DNA of 63,331 bases, filler included, from Bacteroidales bacterium (GCA_035389045.1; 5 parts of 5 records of this genome joined end to end with filler, not necessarily neighbours in it), one strand, 5' to 3'. Numbered from the whole stretch's first letter, positions 49,384-59,615 are shown. Notes: generated by a model from the sequence alone, not told the origin. A program made the numbers and translations.

Positions 49384-51387
49384 TCAGAATAATTTGTTTA
49401 TAACGATTCCCAGGAGTGAACTTATCTTTGACATGATGGCCTGTTTCTTATTATATTTTGCCAGAAGAACCATGATCTCAGGATTATCGGCGTCTTCTTT
49501 CTGCATTTTTTTTATCTCTTCGTGTATTTCCGCCATTTCTTTACCAACAATTTTTAAGTTGATCGTATTTATGGTTTTTGAAATATCATCGATCAGTATC
49601 GTCCGGTCTTCATCTTCATGCCGTGGAGTCGAAATTTTGTATTTTTCCTGCCAGTACTTGCTGAGTTCATACTTCTGGCTCAAAATTTCTATTACAATCT
49701 TTGAAATATTCTCATCGGGATGATTAATAAAATTAAGCGTACCTGCTTTTTCTGCTTCTGAAAGCGTTTTCATGTATTCATCAAAGATCTGCTGATAAAG
49801 AGCCGTGGTAAATCTAAAATCATCAACCGATAAAATCTGAGCTATATAATTTGCTGCACGTACGGGGATTGTTTCAGTTCGCCCCGGACTGTCGGGTATT
49901 TCTGTTTCAATCAGTAATTCAATATCCCCGTAATTTAAAATAATCCATAGCAGATATTTTTCATAGGATGAAATATCATAAGGTTCTTCAATTATCTGTT
50001 TTTCTGAAACGTAATCCGTTGTCTCAGGGATTGGGGAGTCTTCTTCGTCCTTATTTCCTGTATGCGCAACATCTTTTTTGATTCTTTTCCGTATCTGCTT
50101 GTTGAGTTCATTGAACAGTGACTGTTCCTGTATCTTCATCAACTCGCTGCATTCTTTTATATAAATGTTGCGGTGGATCGGCTCGGGAATAAGCGAAATG
50201 GTTCTGACGATCTCTTTGATAAGTTCTGCCCGTTTTATAGGGTCGTTCCTGGTTTCTTCGAGCAACAACCTGGCCTTGAAAATGATGAAGTTTGACGCGC
50301 TCTCATTGATAAACCTTTTTATCTCCAGGGAATCATGCTTGCGTGCATATGAGTCAGGGTCTTCATTTTCAGGAAAGATCACGACCTTAACATTCATACC
50401 TTCTTCGAGTATCATGTCAACACCTCTTAACGAGGCTTTCAAACCCGCAGCATCACCATCATATAAAATGGTGATGTTCTTTGTGAATTTTTTAATAAGA
50501 CGGATCTGCTCGGTGGTCAAAGCTGTTCCCGACGACGCTACCACATTTTCAATGCCGGCCTGAAACAGCGAGATCACATCCGTATTACCTTCAACAAGAT
50601 AACAATTTTCACTTGTTATGATCGCAGATTTGGCAAAGTAAATGCCATAAAGGCTTTTACTTTTATTATATATTTCCGATTCAGGCGAATTTACATATTT
50701 GGGTTTGTTCTTGTCCGAAGTAAGAATTCTGCTCGTGAACCCGATAACCCTGCCGCTGAGGTTGTGAAAAGGGAAGATCACCCTGTCGCGGAAACGGTCG
50801 TAAAGCGTGCCGTCATCTTTTTTTATGGAAAGTCCTGTCTTTACAAGATATTCGGATTTGTAGCCATGCTCCAGCGCTGTTTTTGTAAAATCATCCCAGG
50901 TGGCGGGTGAAAAACCAAGCTGAAATTTCTTAATAGTGTTTTTGCTGAAACCCCGTTCGTTGAAATAGGTCAGCCCAATAGCCTGGCCTGCATCTGTATC
51001 AAAAAGATTCGTGGTGAAATGTTTTTGAGCAAAAGATACCAGATTGTACAACGATTCCAGTTCCGACTGCATGATCTTTTCTTCTTCAGTCTGAACTTCA
51101 TCAGAAATTTCAATATGATATTTTTCAGCAAGATACTTTATGGCATCGGGATAACTCATGTGCTCATGTTCCATGATAAAATCCACAGCGCCGCCGCCCT
51201 TACCGCAACCAAAACAATGATAGAACCCCTTGGCCGGAGATACCGTGAACGAAGGTGTTTTTTCATTATGAAAAGGACATAACCCTATATAATTTACACC
51301 GCGTTTTTTTAATGATACAAAATCCCCGACAACCTCCTCTATCCTTGAGGCGTCTATAACATTCTGTATCGTTTCTTTACGTATCAT
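49384..51387 (-). CDS. dnaG: DNA primase
   Basis: CPFHNEKTPSF...CFGC zinc finger, KYVNSPE, TOPRIM YDGDAAG, DPD; start moved to 51387. Confidence 0.97.
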   Translation of the reverse strand: MIRKETIQNVIDASRIEEVVGDFVSLKKRGVNYIGLCPFHNEKTPSFTVSPAKGFYHCFGCGKGGGAVDFIMEHEHMSYPDAIKYLAEKYHIEISDEVQTEEEKIMQSELESLYNLVSFAQKHFTTNLFDTDAGQAIGLTYFNERGFSKNTIKKFQLGFSPATWDDFTKTALEHGYKSEYLVKTGLSIKKDDGTLYDRFRDRVIFPFHNLSGRVIGFTSRILTSDKNKPKYVNSPESEIYNKSKSLYGIYFAKSAIITSENCYLVEGNTDVISLFQAGIENVVASSGTALTTEQIRLIKKFTKNITILYDGDAAGLKASLRGVDMILEEGMNVKVVIFPENEDPDSYARKHDSLEIKRFINESASNFIIFKARLLLEETRNDPIKRAELIKEIVRTISLIPEPIHRNIYIKECSELMKIQEQSLFNELNKQIRKRIKKDVAHTGNKDEEDSPIPETTDYVSEKQIIEEPYDISSYEKYLLWIILNYGDIELLIETEIPDSPGRTETIPVRAANYIAQILSVDDFRFTTALYQQIFDEYMKTLSEAEKAGTLNFINHPDENISKIVIEILSQKYELSKYWQEKYKISTPRHEDEDRTILIDDISKTINTINLKIVGKEMAEIHEEIKKMQKEDADNPEIMVLLAKYNKKQAIMSKISSLLGIVINKLF

Positions 51388-51992
51388 GGCTTGTCGAAAA
51401 ACATGGCTAATATACAAAAAAAACATGGCTTGTGGTTAATACATCCCTTCGGTAAAAGATAATTTGTCTGCTTAGTCATGGTGATGACATTAAATACACT
51501 TTTAGAATTTATAAGGACCTCGGGTCATAAACATATCATTGTACAAAGTCATTCATGCCGTTCAAAAGTGTGGTCAGGGTATCTGCCATGCGGATAATGA
51601 ATTCGTATAAGTTCGGTTGCTTTATTGTATTAAATCTTTTTGGTTTTGTTGACGGATGATAATATTTTTTTTAATTTGCCAGCATTGTTTTGAATTGTTG
51701 GTCAATGTGTATCATGGATTTTAAATTGGGATACATTTACCAATAATAATTTGTTTAAATAATTGGAATATAAAAATGAATTTATTATTTGCCCGGGATA
51801 GCATATGACAAGGATAATTCAGACGGAATCAATAGCGGTTTGTGTGGCTAATAACAGAAATTTTATTGTAAATTAGCATTTTCTATTATCCTGATGAAGA
51901 CTCAGGTCGGCAGAAACAAACACACTTGATCATATCAACACTAATGATTATAATCCCCGGATAACGAAAACTTTAACCATAAAAAACAGGAC

Positions 51993-52442
51993 ATGCGTAA
52001 TTCTGCAGCTTTTGTATTTGTAATTTTTTTATCAGGAGTTCTGATGTATTCCTGCAGTGTTTTTGATGTTTCTTATTCTAAGAAACCCGAAAAAATTGCT
52101 GAAAAATTTTTAAGACATTTCTATAAAGGCGAATATGAAAAAGCCAAAAAATTGGGTACTTCCAATACCCGGCAGATAATCGATCTGATGGAACAGCTCA
52201 TAGCAATCAGCGGACAAAATGCCCTCCCCTCAGAAACAAAACTGGTAATGCTTGATTGCAATAACAAAGGGGATACATCCATCTGTAACTATTTTGCCAA
52301 TGATATAAAAAATGAACTGGTACTAATCAAAACCGATGGCAAGTGGCTGGTCGACATGAAAAAAGAAACACCGGACAAGTCGGGTAAAAATAATTTTTTA
52401 AAACAACATGAAAAACATAATGAGAAAAATAATAAGAATTAG
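51993..52442 (+). CDS. DUF4878-like lipoprotein
   Basis: Lipobox YSC; PEKIAEKFL...YEKAKKLGT; LIKTDGKWLVD. Confidence 0.65.
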   Translation: MRNSAAFVFVIFLSGVLMYSCSVFDVSYSKKPEKIAEKFLRHFYKGEYEKAKKLGTSNTRQIIDLMEQLIAISGQNALPSETKLVMLDCNNKGDTSICNYFANDIKNELVLIKTDGKWLVDMKKETPDKSGKNNFLKQHEKHNEKNNKN

Positions 52443-52806
52443 TTTTTTAGTTTTTATCACTTTTGTTTTTTTGGCCGGATGTAAATCTATTCAGAAAAAA
52501 AAATTGCCACCTGAAAAAACATGTGATTTGTTTTTCAGCTACCTGAATAATTATGACTACGCCAAAGCCAAAGAACTGGGAACGGAGCAGACCATAAAAA
52601 TTGTGAGTTTTGTCGAAACATTGTCAAAAATGGGCGGGGGCGGAAAAATAGTTTTAAAAGACAGTAAATCGGAATTATTAAATTGTGAAATTAACGGTAA
52701 GGAAGCCATTTGCAATTATAAAACCTTTACCGGCGATATTCAGAAAGTATATTTGCTATACCAGAAAGGCAGGTGGCTGGTTGATTTGAGAAAAAAACCG
52801 GAATAG
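52408..52806 (+). CDS. DUF4878-like lipoprotein (paralog)
   Basis: Lipobox LAGC; YAKAKELGT; QKGRWLVD; start may be 52420. Confidence 0.65.
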   Translation: MKNIMRKIIRISFLVFITFVFLAGCKSIQKKKLPPEKTCDLFFSYLNNYDYAKAKELGTEQTIKIVSFVETLSKMGGGGKIVLKDSKSELLNCEINGKEAICNYKTFTGDIQKVYLLYQKGRWLVDLRKKPE

Positions 52807-52821
52807 CGGGCATTTGCTTTA

Positions 52822-53469
52822 TTACCTTTTTGCCTCCCTTAAGAGTCTTGCTTTTATTTCCGGAGTCATTTTCCAGTTATATTCATTGGCTATTTGATAA
52901 TATGCCTGCTTCCAGAACTTAGAATCATGATCTTGTAGAGCCGTTTTATTCTTTTCTAAATAAACTGCAATTTCATGAACATTATGAAATGCCTTGTACG
53001 CATTTTCAGAATTATGAAAAGCATCTATCGCCTTTTGTATGTCTTTTAAAAACAAATAGTCATATGCTTTTGCTTCCCAGTTAAGTGCGAGCTGGTAATT
53101 GTCAGCAGATATTTTTGGCCTGTTTTGAGTGTCCAGGTTCAGGATTTTATGATCGTTGATCACACGTTGGTTGATCTGCTGTATTTCATTTTTTGATTTT
53201 TCTTTTAATTCAACTTGTTTATCAATGGCATTCTTATCACCTGTTTGTTCAACGATATTATTCAGGGCTTTTATCTCTTGTTCCAAAACATTTATTTCCT
53301 GTATTTTTTGAGCTTTTTTTATCTCAAGTTTATTAAGGCTTTTTTCCAGATTTGTCAGTTCCTCCCTGGCATTTATTATTTTAAATGTAAGATAAAAAAG
53401 ACCTGCCAGGACAAATAAAATACCCAGGACCGGTAACATCCTGTAAGTTAAATTAGTATTACTTTTCAT
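52822..53469 (-). CDS. Hypothetical TM plus coiled-coil protein
   Basis: N-terminal TM helix, heptad region, helical C-terminal domain. Confidence 0.65.
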   Translation of the reverse strand: MKSNTNLTYRMLPVLGILFVLAGLFYLTFKIINAREELTNLEKSLNKLEIKKAQKIQEINVLEQEIKALNNIVEQTGDKNAIDKQVELKEKSKNEIQQINQRVINDHKILNLDTQNRPKISADNYQLALNWEAKAYDYLFLKDIQKAIDAFHNSENAYKAFHNVHEIAVYLEKNKTALQDHDSKFWKQAYYQIANEYNWKMTPEIKARLLREAKR

Positions 53470-53728
53470 TTTCCTCTTCTTTTTGATTTTGATTGCCAAT
53501 AAACTTTAATGCGTCATCCCACATTTTTAAAACCCTGAAAATACAAAGTGTTAGTGTGCCCGTGGGCACAAGAAGCGCTAAAAAACTATAATATTCACTT
53601 TTGGCAAGCGCTAAAAAAAGACCGATTCCAATTAAGGAAATCGCTGAAATACCCGTAAGAACAACGTATATAATGCGCTCTAATTTAAAAGTGTCAATCA
53701 ACTTTTGAATGTCTTCAACTTTTCCCAT
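53459..53728 (-). CDS. Small two-TM hypothetical protein
   Basis: MGKVEDIQK... 89 aa; overlaps the next gene by 11 bp. Confidence 0.6.
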   Translation of the reverse strand: MGKVEDIQKLIDTFKLERIIYVVLTGISAISLIGIGLFLALAKSEYYSFLALLVPTGTLTLCIFRVLKMWDDALKFIGNQNQKEEENEK

Positions 53729-53933
53729 AGTAAATTTATTTTGCCATGATTTAAAAAATATGCAAACCCTACACATTTGCCACAAACTCATCAAAATTAA
53801 TAAATATTTTATAATTGGTTAAATAATGCCAATACTTAATAGAAATCAGTCCGGGACGAAATTTGGATTTAGTCATGGTTATGACGACAGAGTCGCTGTT
53901 GGAGTTCAAAGTGCTAATGCACTATAGGATCTT

Positions 53934-54033
53934 NNNNNNNNNNNNNNNNNNNNNNNNNNNNNNNNNNNNNNNNNNNNTTAATTAATTAANNNNNNNNNNN
54001 NNNNNNNNNNNNNNNNNNNNNNNNNNNNNNNNN
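53934..54033. other. Artificial contig linker
   Basis: N44-TTAATTAATTAA-N44. Confidence 0.99.
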
Positions 54034-54530
54034 TTAACTCATTTGACTCATTTGACTTACTTGACTTAATCACTCAATCGCCCCGTCGCCCCATCATCCC
54101 ATCATCCTCTCGTCCCATCATCCTCTCGTCCTGTCGTCCTATCGCCCTATCGTCCTATCGTCCTAATCTCCAATCCCTTATTCAACTAAATCCCCTCTGC
54201 ACTAATTTAACTCATTTGACTCATTTGACTTACTTGACTTAATCACTCAATCGCCCCGTCGCCCCATCATCCCATCATCCTCTCGTCCCATCATCCTCTC
54301 GTCCTGTCGTCCTATCGCCCCATCATCCCATCGTCCCATCACCCCATCGTCCTATCGTCCTATCGTCCTATCGTCCTATCACCCCATCGTCCTATCGTCC
54401 TATCGTCACATCGTCCCATCATCCTATCGTCCTATCGTCCTAATCTCCAATCCCTTATTCAACAAAATCCCCTCTGCACTAATTTAACTCATTTGACTCA
54501 TTTAACTCAATCAACTCTGCACTTAATCAA
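54034..54530 (+). repeat. Nested tandem repeat (8-mer ATCGTCCT/ATCATCCC and 9-mer ACTCATTTG arrays within larger units)
   Basis: Units start TTAACTCATTTGACTC at 54034, 54207 and 54484 (173 bp and 277 bp). Confidence 0.9.
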
Positions 54531-54583
54531 ATCACTTTCTCAATTTTTCCCTTCAATATATGAATTTCTTCTTACCTTTATAC

Positions 54584-56779
54584 ATGGTAAAAAAATTCTT
54601 CAGATTATATTTCCGGATCATCGTATTACTGACACTCCTGGCACCTGCCACCGGCCATACGCAAAACATTTATTCAAGCAAAAACGGTATTGATATTCCT
54701 CCGAAAGTCACAATGAGGATGCTGAATATTTTCATCAATATCATTTACGACCAAACGCCAGATCGCGACCCGCTGCTGAACAAAACTGACCACCCCTGGC
54801 AGCCGGGCAAGCCAAATTCCATCAACACCAATGTGCCATCCTTCCTGAACCAATATATGGACCCCGACCTTACCGGCAGCAACCCTCAGGGTATGCTTAC
54901 CCGCTATTATTACGAATCAAGCCTCGGGAACTTTATCTGCCTGGGCGATTTCATCTTGGTGGATGTCAACCAGTCGGCCATCACACCCGACAAGCCCGGC
55001 AGGGATTTTTCCTCCTTTGAACTGATCAATGCTGCCGTTTCACTCATCAATAAAAATGGCGGGGTAAAAACCGTTTATGGCCACGACTCGCTCAGCGATT
55101 ATGATTTTTTTGAACGTGGCCGCGGCGGTTTACCAAAAAAAATCACGCCAAACGGTAAGATTGACTTTGTCCAGATTGTTTTCAGGAATACCGGCAGGGT
55201 TTTCAGCAACGGAAAACAACTATACAATTACGGGCAGAACAACCCCGGGGAGGGTAATTATATGCCGGGCGGGTTGAACAAGGGTAACATGCTGATGTTC
55301 AACAATAAACCTTATGAAAATGAGATGATGTCATACCAGAACCTCGGGATGACGGAACTCCTGTACATGACAACGAAAACCATCGTCATACACGAATTTG
55401 CACATTCGCTGTTGGGTGGCAACGATTTTCACACCTCGGGCGGAAACCATTACGGAACGTATTCGGCCTGCCCGTTTATTGGTTTACAGGGTGGCTGGGG
55501 ACTGATGGGTGGCTACGGGGCAAGCCTGGCGAGTTGCAACGCTTACGAACGATGGCGTCTGGGCTGGACCAGCAACGAGTATAACCCGATGATGATACCG
55601 GTTCAGGCAAGCGGCGTAAATGCTGACATCACAAAAGATATGGGGCAGCAAACCTTCATCCTCCGCGACTTTGTAACCACAGGCGATGCGGTACGCATCA
55701 AACTTCCCTATCTCGACGAGGGAGCGTCGAATCAGTATATATGGTTAGAAAACCACCAGATCGGACTGAACAACAAATATGACTACCTCTGTTTTTCCCC
55801 TACCTCGGAATGTCGCGACAAAGGCTTGCCGGGCATCTATGCATACCTGCAGATAGGGCGTGATAAACTGGAAGGTGAGAAATTTAATGACGTATTTCCC
55901 TCCGATGAAACCGACAACCTGAAGGTCATCACTGCTAAGGGAAACTGGGACAGGCAACTCATCTCGCTTACCGATACGGTGAACTGTGTGGCATGGCGTT
56001 CTGTCAATTTTTCAGAATCCTGCTTCAAACCCAATCCTTTCCTGGGTTACGTGGATGAACAAAGCCATTTTTTTGTCAACGAAAGCACAGCCGATATCAT
56101 TGATGACAAAAGTTTTTCGGAATTTCCATCCATCATTTACCGAAAAGGCATCCGTTACGACAACCTGCCTTATCTCGGCGACAACTTCGATGCGTTCACC
56201 GATGGCGCCGTGATGGATATCGGCACCAACCCGGCACCGGTAAATGCCGTCACCTGCTATGTGTCGCAGGGCGGAAAAAAATATAAAACTTACAAAAAAA
56301 CAAATACGCGCCACATTTACCTCACCGGCCTCAGCATCACAATGCATGACCTGAAAGACGGCACATTTAAAGTGAGTATAGGATGGGACGATTACACCGT
56401 AAAAAACAATACCCGGTGGACGGGTAACGTCATAGTCAAAGAGAAGATGGTGCTGCAAAAAAGAAAAACCATACTGCTCGATCAGAACTATACCCCTGAC
56501 CAGCTCAGGCGCGACAGCATCTCGGGATATTTTTCTCCGGTCACCACCCTTACCGTACAACCGACGGCGGCAATTATTTTAGAACCTAAATCAAAATTGA
56601 TCATCGATAATGGAAGCTCATTGATACTCGAGCCATCAAGCAAACTGACGTTAAATATAAAATCACAGATTATACTGAAAAATAATGCCCGCCTCATCAT
56701 TAGGAAGGGCGCTGAAATAACGTATCTTAAAGGAAAGATTATCACAAAAGGTAATGGTAAAATAATTACAGAACCCTGA
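54584..56779 (+). CDS. Secreted zinc metalloprotease (HEXXH, M6/immune-inhibitor-A-like)
   Basis: Signal peptide; RYYYESSLG, IHEFAHSL, WGLMG, AYERWRLGW, WLENHQ; ORF open from 54560. Confidence 0.75.
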   Translation: MVKKFFRLYFRIIVLLTLLAPATGHTQNIYSSKNGIDIPPKVTMRMLNIFINIIYDQTPDRDPLLNKTDHPWQPGKPNSINTNVPSFLNQYMDPDLTGSNPQGMLTRYYYESSLGNFICLGDFILVDVNQSAITPDKPGRDFSSFELINAAVSLINKNGGVKTVYGHDSLSDYDFFERGRGGLPKKITPNGKIDFVQIVFRNTGRVFSNGKQLYNYGQNNPGEGNYMPGGLNKGNMLMFNNKPYENEMMSYQNLGMTELLYMTTKTIVIHEFAHSLLGGNDFHTSGGNHYGTYSACPFIGLQGGWGLMGGYGASLASCNAYERWRLGWTSNEYNPMMIPVQASGVNADITKDMGQQTFILRDFVTTGDAVRIKLPYLDEGASNQYIWLENHQIGLNNKYDYLCFSPTSECRDKGLPGIYAYLQIGRDKLEGEKFNDVFPSDETDNLKVITAKGNWDRQLISLTDTVNCVAWRSVNFSESCFKPNPFLGYVDEQSHFFVNESTADIIDDKSFSEFPSIIYRKGIRYDNLPYLGDNFDAFTDGAVMDIGTNPAPVNAVTCYVSQGGKKYKTYKKTNTRHIYLTGLSITMHDLKDGTFKVSIGWDDYTVKNNTRWTGNVIVKEKMVLQKRKTILLDQNYTPDQLRRDSISGYFSPVTTLTVQPTAAIILEPKSKLIIDNGSSLILEPSSKLTLNIKSQIILKNNARLIIRKGAEITYLKGKIITKGNGKIITEP

Positions 56780-56789
56780 CGACGAGATC

Positions 56790-57302
56790 ATGACAGTGCC
56801 GGATTACTATAAAATATTAGGTGTTCCCTACGATGCCGCTTCCGAAGAAATAAAAAAAGCATTTAAAGAAAAAGCCCTTCAGTTTCATCCCGATGTATAC
56901 AAAGGTGAACATGCCGGTGAGATCTTTCAGATTTTAAACACGGCCTATCATACACTGATCGATCCTGCCCGCCGCCGACGTTACAACCTCGAACTGAAAT
57001 TCCCGGATAGTTTCACTACGAAAAAGGAAGCCCGGTACCGGCATCCGGCCGACGCAAGGTATTATGCACGCACCGAACATCATGCACCCGTGTATCCGAA
57101 ACACTATGCCCGCAACATCCGGAGACTCAACCGTTTCATGCTGTTTTCGATAGTCGCCATCTTAAGTTTTGGCCTCGTGGCAGGATTTATTGACATGATA
57201 CGAAATTTCGATTTCTCCGGCATCATTGTGTGGTTCATCTCACTGGGAATACTTTTCTGGGGCGTACGCATAATCAGGCATCAGAAAAGATCACAACACT
57301 GA
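56790..57302 (+). CDS. J-domain co-chaperone with C-terminal TM helices
   Basis: DYYKILGV, FHPD, AYHTL.DP..R..Y. Confidence 0.88.
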   Translation: MTVPDYYKILGVPYDAASEEIKKAFKEKALQFHPDVYKGEHAGEIFQILNTAYHTLIDPARRRRYNLELKFPDSFTTKKEARYRHPADARYYARTEHHAPVYPKHYARNIRRLNRFMLFSIVAILSFGLVAGFIDMIRNFDFSGIIVWFISLGILFWGVRIIRHQKRSQH

Positions 57303-57388
57303 GAAACTGTTTTGATATGATATTAGTTAATTTAAATTTGTCATGTTTTTGAAAATCAATGCTTTAAATACAATAATCACAATACCTT

Positions 57389-57484
57389 GCGCCGCAGGCG
57401 CCAAATATCGATAGTGCCGTAGGCACTAAATATCGGTAAAACAATCAAACGAAGACAACGGTGTGCCGTTAGGTACACAATAAT
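57389..57484 (+). repeat. Cluster of three REP-like hairpins
   Basis: GCGCC-GCA-GGCGC, AGTGCC-GTA-GGCACT and GTGTGCC-GTTA-GGTACAC, followed by AAATATCG(A/G)TA or AATAAT. Confidence 0.65.
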
Positions 57485-57585
57485 ACCGTACTTGATCAAA
57501 ATGAATCTCAATGATATTAAACTTTAATCGGTGAAATAGTATTAATTTTGTACAGTATTTGAGCATATTGTTTCAGAACCATGCT

Positions 57586-58305
57586 ATGAGTTATAAAATC
57601 AATAAAGTCATTTACCTGCTGCTGGGACTCGTCATGGGGTTCTTCGTCGGAGGCGGTATCATCTGGTGGCAGTTGAACGACCATGATTTCTTAGGTTTCT
57701 TAAATAAGAATAAAAATAAAACCAGTATCGACACCAGCCAATATGATCAATCATTGAGAACAGAACGGAGATCAGGCAAAAAACTTCATACCGGGAAGGT
57801 AAGCATTCCGGAAACTTTTCTGGACAGCCTGAAGATGGATTCTACACAAATGACTCTGGAAGAGCTTATTGCATTATATAACGCAGAACAAAAAGATTCA
57901 TCCGGACGATCCTCTGGTTCTTCGTACGATGATATCGTGATTTCAAAAGATGAACTGATCATTACCCGCCTGATTAAAATTACCGGCGAGATACCCGAAG
58001 TGAGCGACAGCTATGAACTCGATTCCATCCTCACCGACCAGCGTAATACCCCGCGCAGGCAAAAAGGTACCGTAAAAACTGAGTTCTGGCGTTCGCCGCT
58101 TAATTACAAAGGGTATAAGAGGGATGATAACAAACTGGTTATTTTTGGTTTGTATGAGTTTGATAATGTGTCCATTATAGGTTATAACAACGAACTCTTT
58201 ATCAAATACAACAAGGATTATTACCTGATCGAGTACACGGATGATTTCCGGTCTTTTGTACCCTTGAAAAATGAAGTGCTTTTAAAAGAACTTAATTCGA
58301 TATGA
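57586..58305 (+). CDS. Hypothetical membrane-anchored protein
   Basis: N-terminal TM; EFWRSPLNYKGYK; overlaps the dapF start. Confidence 0.75.
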   Translation: MSYKINKVIYLLLGLVMGFFVGGGIIWWQLNDHDFLGFLNKNKNKTSIDTSQYDQSLRTERRSGKKLHTGKVSIPETFLDSLKMDSTQMTLEELIALYNAEQKDSSGRSSGSSYDDIVISKDELIITRLIKITGEIPEVSDSYELDSILTDQRNTPRRQKGTVKTEFWRSPLNYKGYKRDDNKLVIFGLYEFDNVSIIGYNNELFIKYNKDYYLIEYTDDFRSFVPLKNEVLLKELNSI

Positions 58306-59081
58306 TCTGTAATTTTTTTAAGTATCAGGGTACAGGGAATGATTTCATCGTCATTGACAACCGCGGGCATACGTTCACTGCCGGTGAAGGGCTGATCAAC
58401 CGGCTGTGCCACCGTCGTATGGGCATTGGCGCCGATGGGATGCTTTTGCTTGAAGATTCCCAAACCCATGATTTTGCAATGCGCTATTTTAACTCCGACG
58501 GCAGAGAAGGTTCCATGTGCGGAAACGGCGGAAGGTGTGTCGCTGCTTTTGCATACCGTCTGCTGAAACTGAACGAAAAAATATGTTTCATGGCTGTGGA
58601 TGGAGAGCATCAGGCTGAAATCCTTAACAGCGAAAATGGCGTTTCACAGGTACGTCTGAAAATGACTGACGTGTTAGGGGTTCAGCATGACGAAGGATAT
58701 TTTTTTCTGGATACCGGCTCCCCGCACTATGTTACTTTTGTTGATGATGCCGATGTCTTGGATGTGGTGGCGTCGGGCAGGGCTATACGCTACAGCCCCA
58801 TGTTTCCCCAGGGCACTAATGTAGACTTCGTCGAGATCAACAACTACTGCCTTTATGTACGCACTTATGAGCGTGGGGTGGAAGATGAAACACTGTCCTG
58901 CGGTACCGGTGTTACCGCTGCTGCCATCGCAGCATCATTTATTATGCCCCGAAACAGTTTTGATATCACCACACGCGGTGGAAAATTAAAAGTGAGCTTT
59001 ACCAGACAGGACGAACATTTCAGCGACATCTGGCTTGAAGGCCCTGCTGCGGAAATGTATGAGGGCAAAATTGATATATAA
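58302..59081 (+). CDS. dapF: Diaminopimelate epimerase
   Basis: KYQGTGNDF, MCGNGGRC, TGSPH, ERGVEDETLSCGTG. Confidence 0.97.
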   Translation: MICNFFKYQGTGNDFIVIDNRGHTFTAGEGLINRLCHRRMGIGADGMLLLEDSQTHDFAMRYFNSDGREGSMCGNGGRCVAAFAYRLLKLNEKICFMAVDGEHQAEILNSENGVSQVRLKMTDVLGVQHDEGYFFLDTGSPHYVTFVDDADVLDVVASGRAIRYSPMFPQGTNVDFVEINNYCLYVRTYERGVEDETLSCGTGVTAAAIAASFIMPRNSFDITTRGGKLKVSFTRQDEHFSDIWLEGPAAEMYEGKIDI

Positions 59082-59084
59082 CTT

Positions 59085-59615
59085 ATGGAGATCAAACATA
59101 TAAGACTCAGGGCCGTAGAGCCTGCCGACATAGATTTTATCTACCGCCTGGAAAATGATACCGAAAACATGGATACGGCAGAAAATTATGAATGGGTATC
59201 ACGCTATGCCATCGAACAATATGTGCTTAGCATAGGGCACGACCTTTTTGCATCAGGACAAATGCGGCTTATTATCGAATATGACGACACTATCTTAAAA
59301 AAACCTGTGGGCTGTATCGAACTGTTTGAAGCCGACCCCGTACATCGCAGGGCAGGTATCGGCATATATATCATCGCTGCCGATCAGAAAAAAGGGTATG
59401 CCTCAGCAGCTCTTGGCACGATGATTGAATACTGCTTCGCGAAATTAGGTTTACACCAGCTATACTGTAACATAAGTGAAGATAACAAAGCAAGCATGAA
59501 ACTCTTTGAAAATCATGGCTTTAATATTGCCGGACTGAAAAAGGAATGGCGAAACTATAATGGTGTCTGGAAAAATGAATATGTGCTGCAACTGATAAAC
59601 AGGAAAGATGACTAA
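59085..59615 (+). CDS. GNAT (RimJ/SpeG-like) acetyltransferase
   Basis: LRAVEPAD, QKKGYAS, LGLHQLYCNI, NKASMKLF. Confidence 0.88.
   Translation: MEIKHIRLRAVEPADIDFIYRLENDTENMDTAENYEWVSRYAIEQYVLSIGHDLFASGQMRLIIEYDDTILKKPVGCIELFEADPVHRRAGIGIYIIAADQKKGYASAALGTMIEYCFAKLGLHQLYCNISEDNKASMKLFENHGFNIAGLKKEWRNYNGVWKNEYVLQLINRKDD

Noticed and set aside
54034..54530. CRISPR array
   Set aside because: There are no unique spacers and no cas genes; the region consists of degenerate 8- and 9-mer tandem repeats.
56012..56560. 182-aa antisense ORF (and many similar shadow ORFs)
   Set aside because: It lies fully opposite a well-supported gene and has no recognisable motifs.
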